The position numbers were made by a program, and so were the translations under genes. Under the pieces are notes generated by a model that was not told where the DNA came from, searched no databases, and saw only the letters and a list, made by a program, of their open reading frames with translations. Positions 33,001 through 45,415 of a stretch of 64,000 nt of DNA are shown here, piece by piece. Every line of letters begins with the position of its first letter. Within the stretch, counting starts at the first letter, position 1. This DNA comes from Azolla caroliniana (Eukaryota; Plantae; Polypodiophyta). The stretch covers positions 4,030,001 to 4,094,000 of the forward strand of contig JBHGNT010000008.1 in assembly GCA_043228905.1 (NCBI GenBank), given 5' to 3'.

Positions 33001-36000
33001 GGGTTAGGGATCAGTTTACCTGCAGCCGTTATGCTTCTGGACCTTGTTGTAGTTGACAGGATGTGTGTTCCTGAAGTATTTTTCTCACATATCATCAATA
33101 TTCTTATAAGGACATTTAGTAACAGTTCATGTTTAATACCTGAACTGCCTCGTGGAATCATTTTGGGTTTAGCTGGATCAGCACTAGAAACAGCAGTGAA
33201 TATTTACTTTAGAATTTGCTCTTTACCCATTGTTTACAACAAGTTTAGCTCTGTTTGTGATAGATTCCAAGCCCTGTATGCTGGAGACATTAGTGTTGGT
33301 TCAGTACTCAAGATACTATTTGATGAAGAAAGTCAATCAGAAGCTGAACAACCAATTATTGATTTTTGTTATGTATCTGATGTTAGCACTTATGAGGATA
33401 TAGAGCTAGAAAGATCCTTGCATGTTCAGTCAGCTTGCTATAATACAAGGCAAGGTCCAGCCTATAATAACTTTGAAGGGCAAAATCAGATATTCCACAT
33501 TTTGGATTGTTCTTCTCATACACAATCTAGTTGTGTTGAGTCAAATCGAACTGCCTTGGTTTCTGTGCTGCGATTAATAAGCTCGTCTGTGCTTTATTTA
33601 GTGGCAGAAGCTAATAAAGAGGACCTACGATCAAAACAAACAGAAACACCTGAAAGAAATACTCAAGGAGCCAGCACTTCTGTTGATGCAGAAACATATA
33701 TTGACTATGCAAAAGTTGCCTTCAAGATTTGTATCTCAAATAATGTAGAGGAAACATGGAAAAACTTGAAATTAGATTTGCACATGCAAAAACTATTCTC
33801 TCGAGCTGATGAAGTGATGAAAAATGTATTCACATTTTTTCTGGACAAGTTGCATTGGAGTTTAAAGCAAAATGCTCCGAAGGCTTTATGTCAAGCATAT
33901 TCAGACGTCTTAAAGTCTTTGGTAACGCTTACTGTTTTTGTTGATCAAAGGAGAAACAAAGAACATCCACCAGACGATACTATTCCGCATCAGGTAAATT
34001 AGTCTTTTTCTTGAATCACATGCTTATTTTACTGTGGATTTGTGAGCAGCAAACTCAAGAACAAAATTGAAGTTTGTAATAGTGTTCAATAAGTTTGTGA
34101 TAGAAAAAATAATATTATATTTCCTCCAAATTTTAAACGTACTTGAATATCTTACATGGGCCCCATTCTTTTCCAACAAAAGATATCAGGTTAAGGACTC
34201 CAATGTATGATGATCTTTTTTATTGTATGCAAGGACGACAGTACATTCTTACAGGAGATTGATCAATTTCGTAACTCTGCTTTACTTTGAAGCTCAAATC
34301 TTAGATCTCAGTTAAAGAATTCAATGTATGAACCAAGAAGTCTGTCTCAATATGATAGTCACAGTTTGGCATTTAGATATCACTGCCTTTTCCAAGTCAT
34401 TTCAGGCCCATATGAAACACCAGCCGTTTGGATAACTATGTCCCATACAACCACAGTCATCCAGAGTCAAGTAGCCTTCATTAATGATAACCCTAATTAT
34501 TAGCCTTCATATCCATGATCTATAACTGCAGCGTAGGGATGAAGGACCGGAAAATTCTGGAATCAAAATAAAAAGAGAATTAATTACTTGTTTATATCAT
34601 CTTTTTATTCTTGGGAAAAACTTCAAAATACCAGAGTGTTTCTTTAGTTCTTCATATGCCGCTTAAATTTTCTTTATTCTCGAAATACCCTTGCCAACTC
34701 CCGAAAGAGCAGTTATATGCTATTTGAGTAATTATGTGGCTAATTACTTGTGAGCAATTTTATTTTCAATTCATCCGCTTTTCTCTTTTTGGGGTTGACC
34801 AGGTTGACTATGGGCACATAGGAAAATATAAAAACATATGGGAATTTCAGGAAATCAGGAAACAAATAAAACCATGGTATTTGAGAGTTTTTCCCTTCAT
34901 TCTTTAGTGAACAGAGAAGAATTCTGGCTTCTTTGTCGTATTATAGGTTATGTTCATGTGACTGGTTTTGGCACCTTTGTTATCTCTATATTGTACACAA
35001 GAAAGAAAGGTATATATTAACGTCTTTAAGAGCCCAAAATGGCCTATACGACCAAACCAGAGATTACATCTTAAACTGTTGTCGCTTGTCTTTGAGAACA
35101 AAACCAAAATAAATGTAAAAAAGTAAATAAAACAAAACGTAACTAATGAATCTCGTTATTGATTCATGTAAGATTCTCAAGTAAGATTAAAAAATTTTGT
35201 CATAAAAAATCTCTAGCATAGGGTGATCCAGAATGAAGAGATCTCCGACACGCAGGAAGCACCAAAGATGGTAGATAATGAATGGCCTCTATCTGTTGAT
35301 GACGAGGGTGGTATGATCGTGATCAACAAGGCTAGAACCTATGTGCACAACAAATTGCTATTGCCTGATCTATTGTGAATGCTTTGCAATGTCCTGGTTG
35401 GGAGCCCAAAACCTACTTGTTTAGCCCTTTTTTGACTTGTAGCATGAGTAGGAATGATGGGGCTAAACGAAAGTTATGATTTAGCTTTGTTGATGAGCTT
35501 GTGTGGTTGCATGCATATCTGCCAACCTCAATCTCTAACTGATTTGAAGAGGTATGCAGCTGCTCTATCACGCTTCACAGTGCATAGGATAGATGTATGT
35601 CCATATAAAAGGGCTTGATTATAGATCTATCCTCCAATTTAAAAAAGCGTGCCTATATTGGGTCATTTTCCTACCAAGAGGTGTGGGGCTGATCCGTGTT
35701 CTTCCCTTATTAAAGTTGATAATATCAATTCAGATTAGTCTATTCTTTTCTGTTTTGGTTATGTAATAAGGGTAGTGCATTTATGCTTATGCCGTTCAAC
35801 TCAAGCTATTGTTGCATTTCAGCATACCAACAATGATTATTTGTGTTCTGCAAGTTGTTTTGATCATGTAACTGCCAACCTTACGTACCTTCATTTAGGA
35901 ATAATGATCCCAAAGTTGTTGGATGCTGGTCATTGATAGGAATAATGCCTCAGTGATTCAATCATTGAGATTAAAGATATCTCTTGATCTCTCCAGTTAC

Positions 36001-36413
36001 TTGCCCTGTTAAGACTCATTCCAAGGTTTCTTCTCCATAGAGAAAAGTCAGCGTGACAAGTGTATGAAATAGCTACAATTTAGTTCCTGGTTCTTGGAAC
36101 TGTATATGTACACATTTTCTTTCAAGAGCACCAAGGGCTGCATATCCACGAGGAAGTCGAGTACATGCAGCCTGTGGACATCTTCAACTGTGTAGTGTAA
36201 GGAAATGCTTTTGGACATTTTCAAACTCTTTCCTAGTGACTTAGGTATGCCACCTCTTCCATCCCATAGAGAAGCAACAATGTCACCAAAGTGTCGAAAA
36301 GATATTTCTTGAGGACCCAACAATAAATTTCTCCGTGATGGAGTATATTCTCTAATGCATGATATGCTCTCTTTCCTGCCTCTAGCTGGCGGGTAACACA
36401 TTCATTCCATCTA

Positions 36414-36444
<31 letters not shown>

Positions 36445-37385
36445 GTTAATTTGCATATGACTGGTTTCGTAATTGGCTTATGAGACAAATCATGAACAAA
36501 TATTGGTGAATTGGTTCTGTCCATACTGAAACAACAATAACTGATCTTAATGCCTGTGGTGGAATGATTTTGAGATGGTTTACAAGCGTGAAATGCGTAT
36601 CTAATATGTATGGGTTGAGCAGTGCTGATTGATTATTGAGAGAGAGACCGAGAGGTAAACATCTTGCAGAATTTACATTCTATGGAACATATGAGTGGGG
36701 AGATATTGGATAAAGACCGGCAAAGTATTGGTGAATTTTCGGACATGACCATTGATAAAAATCTGGAGAACAATACTTCGGTGAAAATGGACAAGCCTTT
36801 TAGCGATCAAATTTATCAAAGTGGGGAGTTAATGTCTTCAACATTGATAATGACCAGGCGATATCAACGTAGACGTCAATACATAATATCAAGAACGGAG
36901 TCAAGAAGGTAAGCTATATCGATTTTACTGACTACTAGGATTAAAATATGGTTTTAAATCTGATATAAGGTTGATATTGGTGTTTTTGTAAAGGGGATAA
37001 TCTTTGTCAAGCAAGTTTTTTGGTTGTAAAAATTTTATTTTTGTCATGTAGGCAGGACGAGGCAAATGTTTCAGCTAGGCTTCTTGGCCAAGAATCAGGA
37101 ATCACAAGAGAACGCAAGTCCAGTCTGCAGAATGAAATCATTTCAAATGGTGCCAATCCTTATATTGAGGAAATGTTAGCACGAGAAGGTAAACTAGATG
37201 GAGAGTGTTTTGATGACCTAAATGATTTCATTGTGTGCAAATCAGGCAGGGATTATTCAATGTGGATGAAATCACATATTAGAAAAAGGAAGAAAAAGCT
37301 TCAAAAGACTTATTGGCAAAGGTTAAAAGCAAGGAAAGAATTGGTTTCTCTTCTTACTTCAAAAGGTCAACATGTTACATTTTAG
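30056..37385 (+). CDS. Uncharacterised plant protein (~900 aa, 5 exons)
   Basis: In-frame GT-AG exons 30056-30223, 31866-32561, 32779-33993, 36670-36908 and 37052-37385. The C-terminal FDDLNDFIVCKSGRDYSMWMK plus basic stretch resembles a motif I recall from a conserved plant family of unknown function (not verified). Confidence 0.8.
30270..30510. repeat. Intronic tandem repeat (~122-bp unit x2, made of ~60-bp subunits)
   Basis: gtcgtttcgaagaagatta..cttaattcaaga recurs four times. Confidence 0.85.
31708..31810 (-). mobile_element. 3'-end stub of the RTE/RTEX-like LINE family
   Basis: gaaagaaagaaagatatattaatgtctt..ggccaaaatggcc matches the reverse complement of the LINE 3' end at 10165-10212. 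Confidence 0.7.
34997..35097 (-). mobile_element. Second 3'-end stub of the same LINE family
   Basis: aagaaagaaaggtatatattaacgtctt..gcccaaaatggcct..gagattacatcttaaa, closely similar to 31708-31810. Confidence 0.7.
35505..35705 (+). repeat. Old ~200-bp intronic dispersed repeat; second copy at 49424-49635 (-)
   Basis: Shared blocks acctcaat..taactgat, catataaaagggc, gtgcct, accaagag and tgtggggctgatcc(g/a)tgttcttcc in the same order. Confidence 0.75.
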
Positions 37386-39423
37386 ATCTTATAATCCCAC
37401 AGGAGGGAATCTTGTGGAAAATGTGATCCTTCATTTGTTTGTCACTACATTTTAGAGCAAAAAAATAAATTGACATGATCAAGTATTCTGAATATCGTGA
37501 TGTGTATGAATGGTATTCCTTGTATCATATATATACTGGATTTGTGCAATTATCAATGTATACTTATATTACACATGTGTGCTTGTTATACTTCTATGAA
37601 TGAGTTAAGACTACTTGTGACAGCTAATTTTGCCATCTAGACAAAAGAGAATTAGATAAAGCAGATCCCAATATGTAAAATATACTATACAATATTGTAC
37701 ATGTATAGCCAGGCAAAATATTTAATATATTATAAATATCTGAAAAGCTAAAGGAGAGTTCACGTGTATTAATGAACTAATAAATCATTGTAAGCAAGCT
37801 AACCAGGAAAAAAGCTAACCGGACTTGATATATTTTGGTGATTTCTATTTATGACTTAAGCTTACATTGGGATTAGAAAGTTAGAAACAAGCATCGAAGT
37901 GTTTTGGGTAAGGGTAAAAAAGGAACGAGGGCAGTTTTTGCCGTACATGCAGCCTTATGCAACAAATGATTGAAATGGTTGCTTTGATAGGTGGTTCATA
38001 AAATTGTGGAAGTGGTAATGACACGGATGTGTATGGTTAGAACAAATTCTACTGTAAATGCATGAATATGAAGACTTGAAAATAGGATAGAGCCATTCTG
38101 ATAAATGAAGGCTCTGCCAGTTGATAGGAAAGTAGTGAGAGAAACTCAACAAACATGTCATTTTGTAGTTTACAATGTGAATGAGACTACGGTTGGGCTC
38201 ATTCTAGGTATATATACATTCTTTCATTGTTGATTTAATCCCAACACATGCTCTCTAGTAACATCCAATCAATCCACCTTTACAACACCTTAATTTTTAA
38301 AAGAAATCCCGTTTTTATGAAGCAAATCTAATTGCATCGTGGTTTTTCTCCATAAATTTGTCACCATTCTCATGAGCACCAACCCTTAAACAGCTCATTC
38401 TATTTCCCGAATTAATAGAGCATGAATAGAGAGAGAAAACACCATTCTAGGGCATAGGCCATACGATATAACTCATTGAGATGCACATTTGGAAATGGAG
38501 TCCTTTTCTTTTTTTGTCATCCTCATATCTCTTGAGACATAAGTTAATCTCTCCATTTCAAATGAATAAATGATCCCTGAATAAATTGATTCCTTTCCCA
38601 ACATAACATTAATCGAAAGGGTTTTACATATTACACCATAATCAAATTATACCACTACATTTTCACTAATGTGAGAGATATGCAAGGGACTTTCTCAATG
38701 GGAAGTTTCATTTGCTATGCTCATGGGTGTAAAAATGTGTTTAAGCTGCAATAATACATTTTCCAGGTATCCAACATAATCATGTCTAGTCCATGCTTCT
38801 ACTTGAGCTCATTAGCCTAGTTTTGGATCTCTGTTTCAAAATCCATTGCACCACATGGAAGCCAGTTTGATAATTCTAATAAACCCTATAATGAACAAAA
38901 CTGGAAGGAATCTATAATTGAACTATTTTCATCTTGGTATACGTAGCAAAATTGCCCCAACATACTCTGGAGCAACAGACTCCCCTGTTTGTGTCTATGA
39001 CAAATTCGAGCACATGATTTAACAATTTTGGGCAAAAAGTTATGAAGTAAAAGAAGTAGATTTTTACTCTTACAATTGTACAAGGATGAAGTTCAGGAAG
39101 AGTATATTGCTGCAATGATCAATTAATGTAAAACATGCAACAAAGCACTGTGGACCAGAAAATTAAGCCTATAACAAGCACAGGTCTCCAAAAGAATAGA
39201 AGAGTATCAGCACAATAGTGTATGACCAGGGATGAATGGATGCGATTAATGAACAACTCTTACTAAACAGGAAACTCATATAGTTTTGTTTCTGCTTAGC
39301 ATTGGTAGCCTCAGTAGTTTGACAACTGTATATAATGTGGATGATGAACACTTCATATGTTTCTTCTTTACTTTCAAGTGTTATGCAACAGCATGCACTT
39401 TTCCGCGTTTTTATAAGACGTGT

Positions 39424-42400
39424 TTAGAATCTGGATCTTTTGATTTCCCGATCCAGCTCGAGAAGTGATGGAAGTGGACGGGGTATGCCCATATTTAATG
39501 ATCTATACATTTTCCTGGAAGTTTCATTCAGCCCGATTGAACTAGAAGAAATGGGGATCTCCAGGAGGTAGGAGGAGGATGTTGCCCCCTGCATATTACT
39601 TGGAATTGGATTCCTTTCCAGGGAAGATTGCTTTTCATCATGGAGAACAGACACTTGCTTCTCCATTGGATGAGGTGACGTTAAATATTCGTGGGGTACA
39701 TCACTTGAGCCTTGTGGTGGAGATATAAGACTCTGTGCAGTGTCATCAATGTTACATGAAGAATGATCTTCTTCAGACGTGAAGGACAAAGGTGGTGATG
39801 GAAGTAGCCCTACTACAGCCATCCCAAACAAGGGGACGCAATCAGCTGAAGACTCAGATGATGCCAGCAAAAGAGGTTCCTTGCTTTTTTCAATCATCGT
39901 TTCATCCTTCATATTCTCTACTACAACTGATTTCTTCTTCACAGGGATAGGCATGGAGATGAATTTCTTATTTATTGCATTTTCAGTGTAAATTTTCAGT
40001 GATTTCACAACAAAGCCCAGTTCTGTGGCTCTGCAATTTGGTGTTGTGGAGATGACACGCCTTGGCTTCAACTTTAAGACAAAGTCTTCCAATTCATCTT
40101 GTGAAGAATGCATAGAATAGCAAGCATGCCATATGCCAAATACATCTCTCTCCACCTCCATTGGTGCACTCTTGACGCGACGCCTACTAATACATACACC
40201 CCCTTTCCTCTCATAAAGCTGTTTCTTCTCCAAAAGAAGCAATCCACAACCCACACCTTCAAGTCTCTCTCCATAAGTGTACCATTGAGCAGACGGCCTC
40301 ACAAACAGAGGCTCAGCTTCACCCTTCGCATAAGCTGCAGCAAATTTCTGCTTTGCTTTCTCATAGAGCTTTGGAAAGCCTTCACAAACCTAGCAAATGG
40401 AACTTGGTTAAAGATCAATTGCACATCAATAAAACAAATAGACGATAAGCTTGTATAAGTAAGCAAAACATACATGTAGCCGGGTAGATGTTGGATCATC
40501 TGTGACTAAATCTGGTGCTACTATGTTCAAAGAGCCATAGAAATCTGGAAGTGCGATCTTGTCAACATAAATCTTAACCCCAAAGGTACAGGAAAGCTCA
40601 TTCAAAAGGAGTTCCTGCCCCAAAAGATCACAAGCCAAGTACACAATAGGAGCCTTAGGATGATTCCATATGCACTGCTTCACCTGCAGATTTTTAAGCA
40701 GCCAATCAGCTCAAGAGACAGAAATTTCTTAAACTATAAAACACCAAGTTTATGTTTATGTTTATTTATGTTTATTTGGTTTATTCTGTAAGATGGAACT
40801 TGGTCTCACAAGCCATTTTCACATTAGTATATCTCGATGAAAGCAAATTTTCATCAGATGATGCATCTTTATGAGTACTTCTATGTGATTGATGATAAAA
40901 AATCTAGTTGATGTGCTAGCATGTAATAAGGTGTTCTTCTGGGGATTTGTTGATAAAACACCAGTGAAATTGAATTTCATAATTTAAGGTTAATTCTTAG
41001 TTGGATTTCATCCATAAGTAGACTGATCCATATTGTAAATTTAAACAAAAGAAAACCCAATTCTAACTTGTCTTTTCTACGAAAGGTCTTCTCCCTACAG
41101 AATGGTTGGATGAGAAATACCAAACCTGATAATAAGTACAAAATACCAAAATAGCCCCTGACAATAACGTCTTCTACGTAGGAAATTAAGTGGGGCAAAA
41201 TACCAAAATATCCCCTGAAGTTTTGGATATTTACTAGATTACCTTTACTTTTATAACGATGACCAGAATACCCCTACTTATGAATACAAAAACACATTTT
41301 CACAGTCTGTTGTTATCCAGATACCACTATTGCATCCAGGAAATAGATAATAGATTCTAACCATGTTTGATTGCCAGCAGTAAAATGAACATGAAGTACA
41401 ACAATGTGAACAATTAACATTTTGAACAAGAAAATCTGACCTGCTTGATTGCATCTTCCCTTTGAGGCATTCTCACGCCCTCTTTGCCAAAAGTGCAGTC
41501 CAAGAATAAGCAGTCAACAAGGCCTCCAAAGAGACGCCATGGAAGCTTTGCGTAACAATTGGGTGTAATCCGGCAATCCCCGGTGTGCAACACTGTCCCA
41601 AAATTCCCCTCAAACAAGAACATAACAGCACCTGTTGATGCATGCAAAAACAAGATATTCTCTACATTTAAACAAGACAAAAAGGACATGCTACAACATC
41701 ATGTGATTTGGGACTAGGGTTTGTTGCCCCTAATTCTCAAAAAAAGTAACGCTCAAATATGTGTTTTTTTCCATCTTACTCCATAGCTATTAGGGAAGTT
41801 TTCTTTCAGCTGCATCAGCCTAATTTGTATAGCGAAAAATAGATGGGAATTTCCGCAAAGTTGGCTATTCTTGCCCTTGCTCCATAGTCATTTTGGAAAT
41901 TTTCTCTGGTGCATGAGCCTACTTTGTATCACAACATATGAAGATTCATGTGGCAAAGTGAAAGAAAAAAAACTGGCAATAGACTAACCTAAGTTAACGA
42001 TAGGAATTAGTTTTTGAGCTTGTATTTTTTCCAACAATAGCAAATAAGTGAAAGAATTTTAGATTGAAAACCATAGTCAACAGATTAAATTTTAGGGAGC
42101 AGTGATGAGAAATACCAGGGCAATGGTTGGCATCATACGCAGTGACAGTGAATGATGAGTGGCCATCAGAATCTCTGATGAGCAAAGGTTCCTCTATGTT
42201 CATCTCCACGAATGATGATTTGTGAAGCTACAAGAGGTTAAAACATCAAAGATTAAGACATGTCATTAGATGTGGCAATGATGATGCTGATGATCAATGG
42301 GAGTTTTTGAGTGAAGTTCTTCTTGCCTGAGGGAATCTGAGGAGGACGAGGGCGGCTGTGAGCGGTGAGCAATAAATGGGGGCGAACGAAGAAGAGATCC

Positions 42401-42587
42401 CGCGAGTGTGATCGAGGTGTGCGTGTGTGAGGAAGAAGTGTTTGCGAGAAGAAGAGGATGAGGAATGAGTGACCCAATTGTCCACGCAGAATGGATAAGC
42501 ATGAGAAGCACGCTCTTCTTCTTCTTCTTCTTCATCCTTCTCCTTTTCCTCCTCCTCCTCCTCCTGCTGCTGCTGCTGCTCTGCCAT
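39424..42587 (-). CDS. DNA-repair metallo-beta-lactamase/beta-CASP nuclease (SNM1/Artemis/Apollo, DCLRE1 family)
   Basis: Exons 42587-42327, 42227-42116, 41631-41441, 40683-40474 and 40389-39424 give FLTHAHLDHT, DANHCP|GAVMFLF, LHTGDCR, LFLDCTF, VYLACDLLGQE and YSMHSSQDEL. Confidence 0.93.
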
Positions 42588-42707
42588 AGCCAATGCTACC
42601 AGAAGAAGAAGAAGAAGAAGATGAAGAAGGAGAAGAAAATGCTCTGTTTTGAATGAATGGAAATGTATATGCTCTGTTTTGAATGAATGAACATATATCA
42701 TATATAT

Positions 42708-43177
42708 ACTGCAAGGGTTCGGTTCGGTTCGGTTCAGTTCGAGAATGTCAAACTCAAACCGTTAAAAAAAATGTGAAACTTAAACCGAACCGAACCATTA
42801 CAAAAAATTCAAGCTCAAACTAAACGGTTTTAGAGACTTTCAAACATTTAAAACCATGTTAAACCATTAAAACCGCGGTTTCACGGTTTGCTTTTGGTTT
42901 TGGTTTTCAAGTTTAGGTCAAACATTCAAATTTTTTAATTTTTCAAATTTTAAAGATTTTTCTTAAAAGATCAGAATTAGGCTTACAATGTTCAAAAATA
43001 TATATTTAACAAAATTATCGAGGGTCAATCCTAAACTGACAAACTGTTTGAACCGTCATTTCAAACAGTTGAAACCAGACATGTTAAAGGTTCGAGCCGA
43101 ACCGTTTAAACCGTTAATACATTCAGTCAAGGTTTCACGGTTCAGTTCGGTTCAAACCAAACCATTGCCTATTGCTA
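42708..43177. mobile_element. hAT-like MITE with AACCG subterminal motifs, ~120 bp upstream of the nuclease ATG
   Basis: ggttcggttcggttc at left and aaaccattgcctattgcta at right; left TIR degraded; no clear TSD. Confidence 0.6.
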
Positions 43178-44159
43178 TAAATATGGTAGTGTCTATGTGT
43201 TGTGAGAATCTATTTTCATTTTGTTTTCACACCTCTGCCCACTTTGGTCCTAACTTTCAACCAAATCACCTAACCACAACTACGTTTGATTTTTTCACTC
43301 CGATTTATGTTACCATAACCCCCTACCAATGCTTGTTCTTTTTTGGGGGGTTCAAGGGGTTACCATTTTGACAACACATTGGGATGTTTGGCATCTTCTC
43401 ACATGAAGTATTTTCACATAGTATGTATAAATATGCCTGCGAAATGCTTCTCTCATGACATGGTTTTAATCTTGATAGTGATGCCCTTTGAGGCCACGCT
43501 ATTGTTGTGTCGATCCTTGATCTTTGAAATTCAGTAAGAAATCCTAATGAATGTATGAGCAATCATTTTCATGAACCGATTTGTTAATGCCTCGAGTATT
43601 CTTTGTACATATATGACATGTTAATGCAATGCTTTCACATTATGTTTTAATCATCTAACAATGTTCTCTCCACAACGTTGCACACTATACAATATTAAAT
43701 CTCAATTTGCACACAACATCTCAATTTGGAGCTAGCTAACCAATGCCATTGGAAGTAGGTTGAATCACACACGAGAAAACCACATTGATCTTCCGTGGAT
43801 TTAAAGTGGGGTTAAGTTAACATGGGAATTCATCCCTTAGGCCATACGTATACAATACCTCTTTTGTACATATGAGTGTTGTTTGAGAGCCTTTTGAGAA
43901 TGCAAAACCAAGTTATTGATGAAAATGAAGCTCATAAGGATATCTGTGATGAGCTTGAAGATATGGATGATGAATATGATAGTGCATAGACTCTTAAATT
44001 TAGAAGCGTTACTTAGAAGTTAGAATTTAGGAATTAGACTATAATGGTTCATAATCTCTTTAATTAAAACTTTTCTTATGTTAGTGTGATCTTGAAGACC
44101 TTTCATATTTCTATTAATGAGTGATTTTTCCTTTTTTTTTAGTGAATTGATTACTTTTT

Positions 44160-44921
44160 TCTTTTTTTTCTTTTTTTCTTTTTTCCAAAAAAAACTCCCA
44201 TTAGTTATAAAATTTTACAAATGAGATGATTATGTACAAATCCTTGTAGGGACGCGATAGTTCCATCTTATGTGGATGCCCACTGACTCAAGAAAGGGAG
44301 AGAACGACCATTGTTGGATGAAGGCTATTCGTTGTCTTTCAACTCCATCGGAGCTGCCCTTGAGGCCATCATATTGGCTCTTTAGAGTGGCTACAATTTC
44401 ACTCCATATCTCTTGCAGTAACATTGTTAGATGCGTGGTTTGGTTGGAGAAGATCCGTCTACACCGTTGTTTCCATAGAATCCAAAGAGTTATTGGGCTG
44501 ATCAATTCCAACACAACTTGAGATTTGTCATTAAGAGGAGTTGAGTGGACATTGCTAATGGTGGAGAAAAAAACCTCTTGTGCTTTTATCACCAAAGTCA
44601 TTCCCTCCTCTTGATGCTCGTATCTGGCAATTGGGGTCTGCCATGATAGCCAACATATATTTCCCCATTTGATTGAGCCTTGCACCCGACATAATTGCAA
44701 TAAGCGGCCAACCCCCCGCCATATTCGATGGGACGCCGGGTAGTCCCACAGAGCGTGTCGTATTGATTCTACTGCATTTGGACACTCTACACAATTAGGA
44801 GACCTAAGGTTCCCACGTCGCCATGCTCCCACCAGTAGTGACTTATGTATTAATAACCATTGGAACGTGGTAATTTGCCTCGCATGTTGTTGTTTCCAGA
44901 TTTTTTGCCGAAACTTGGTGA
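44160..44921 (-). mobile_element. 5'-truncated L1-clade LINE fragment (zf-RVT region)
   Basis: CVECPNAVESIRHALWD and TLWILWKQRCRRIF; A-rich tail at 44160-44190; 16-bp TSD GAATTGATTACTTTTT (44144-44159 and 44922-44937). Confidence 0.85.
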
Positions 44922-45162
44922 GAATTGATTACTTTTTATTCTCCAATACGAATGGTTTTAGAATATTCTTGGAGCCATTTTATATTCTCAAATATTACAA
45001 ACGCATGGGTCAATCTATGTTTGAGCCAATGTATAGCTACATGTAAAAGATGCACGAATTGATGGACATATATTTGCATTATAAAGCAAACAATCTTTTT
45101 TTACTAGGCCAATTGGCCAAAACACGAATCAAGTTTCTAAACATGTGTTTGGTTGTAATGAT

Positions 45163-45415
45163 TAGGAATCGACTGTCCAAACCAAATTGGTTAAGCCTAA
45201 ACTAGGTTGGGAGTTTCCAAACCTGAACCAAACCGGTTTAGCCAAGCCGATTATGCCTTGACCGGCTTGGTAACCGGTTTGGCTTGAGCCATCCCAAAAC
45301 CAAGCTCAAACCGGTAAAGGAAGCTCAAGCCTAAACTGAACCGAACCACCAAACCATTTAAAAATGGTTGAATGGTTCAGTTTAGGCTTGAGCCGAGCCG
45401 TTACCCCGATTACTA
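45163..45415. mobile_element. hAT MITE, same family as 6949-7814
   Basis: TAGGAATCG..CGATTACTA ends; TSD GTAATGAT/GTAAGGAT; shared core gggagtttccaaac(c/t)tgaaccaaaccgg. Confidence 0.78.

Noticed and set aside
41130-41280. Mutator-like TIR fragment (ggggcaaaataccaaaatatcccctg)
   Set aside because: No partner TIR or TSD located.
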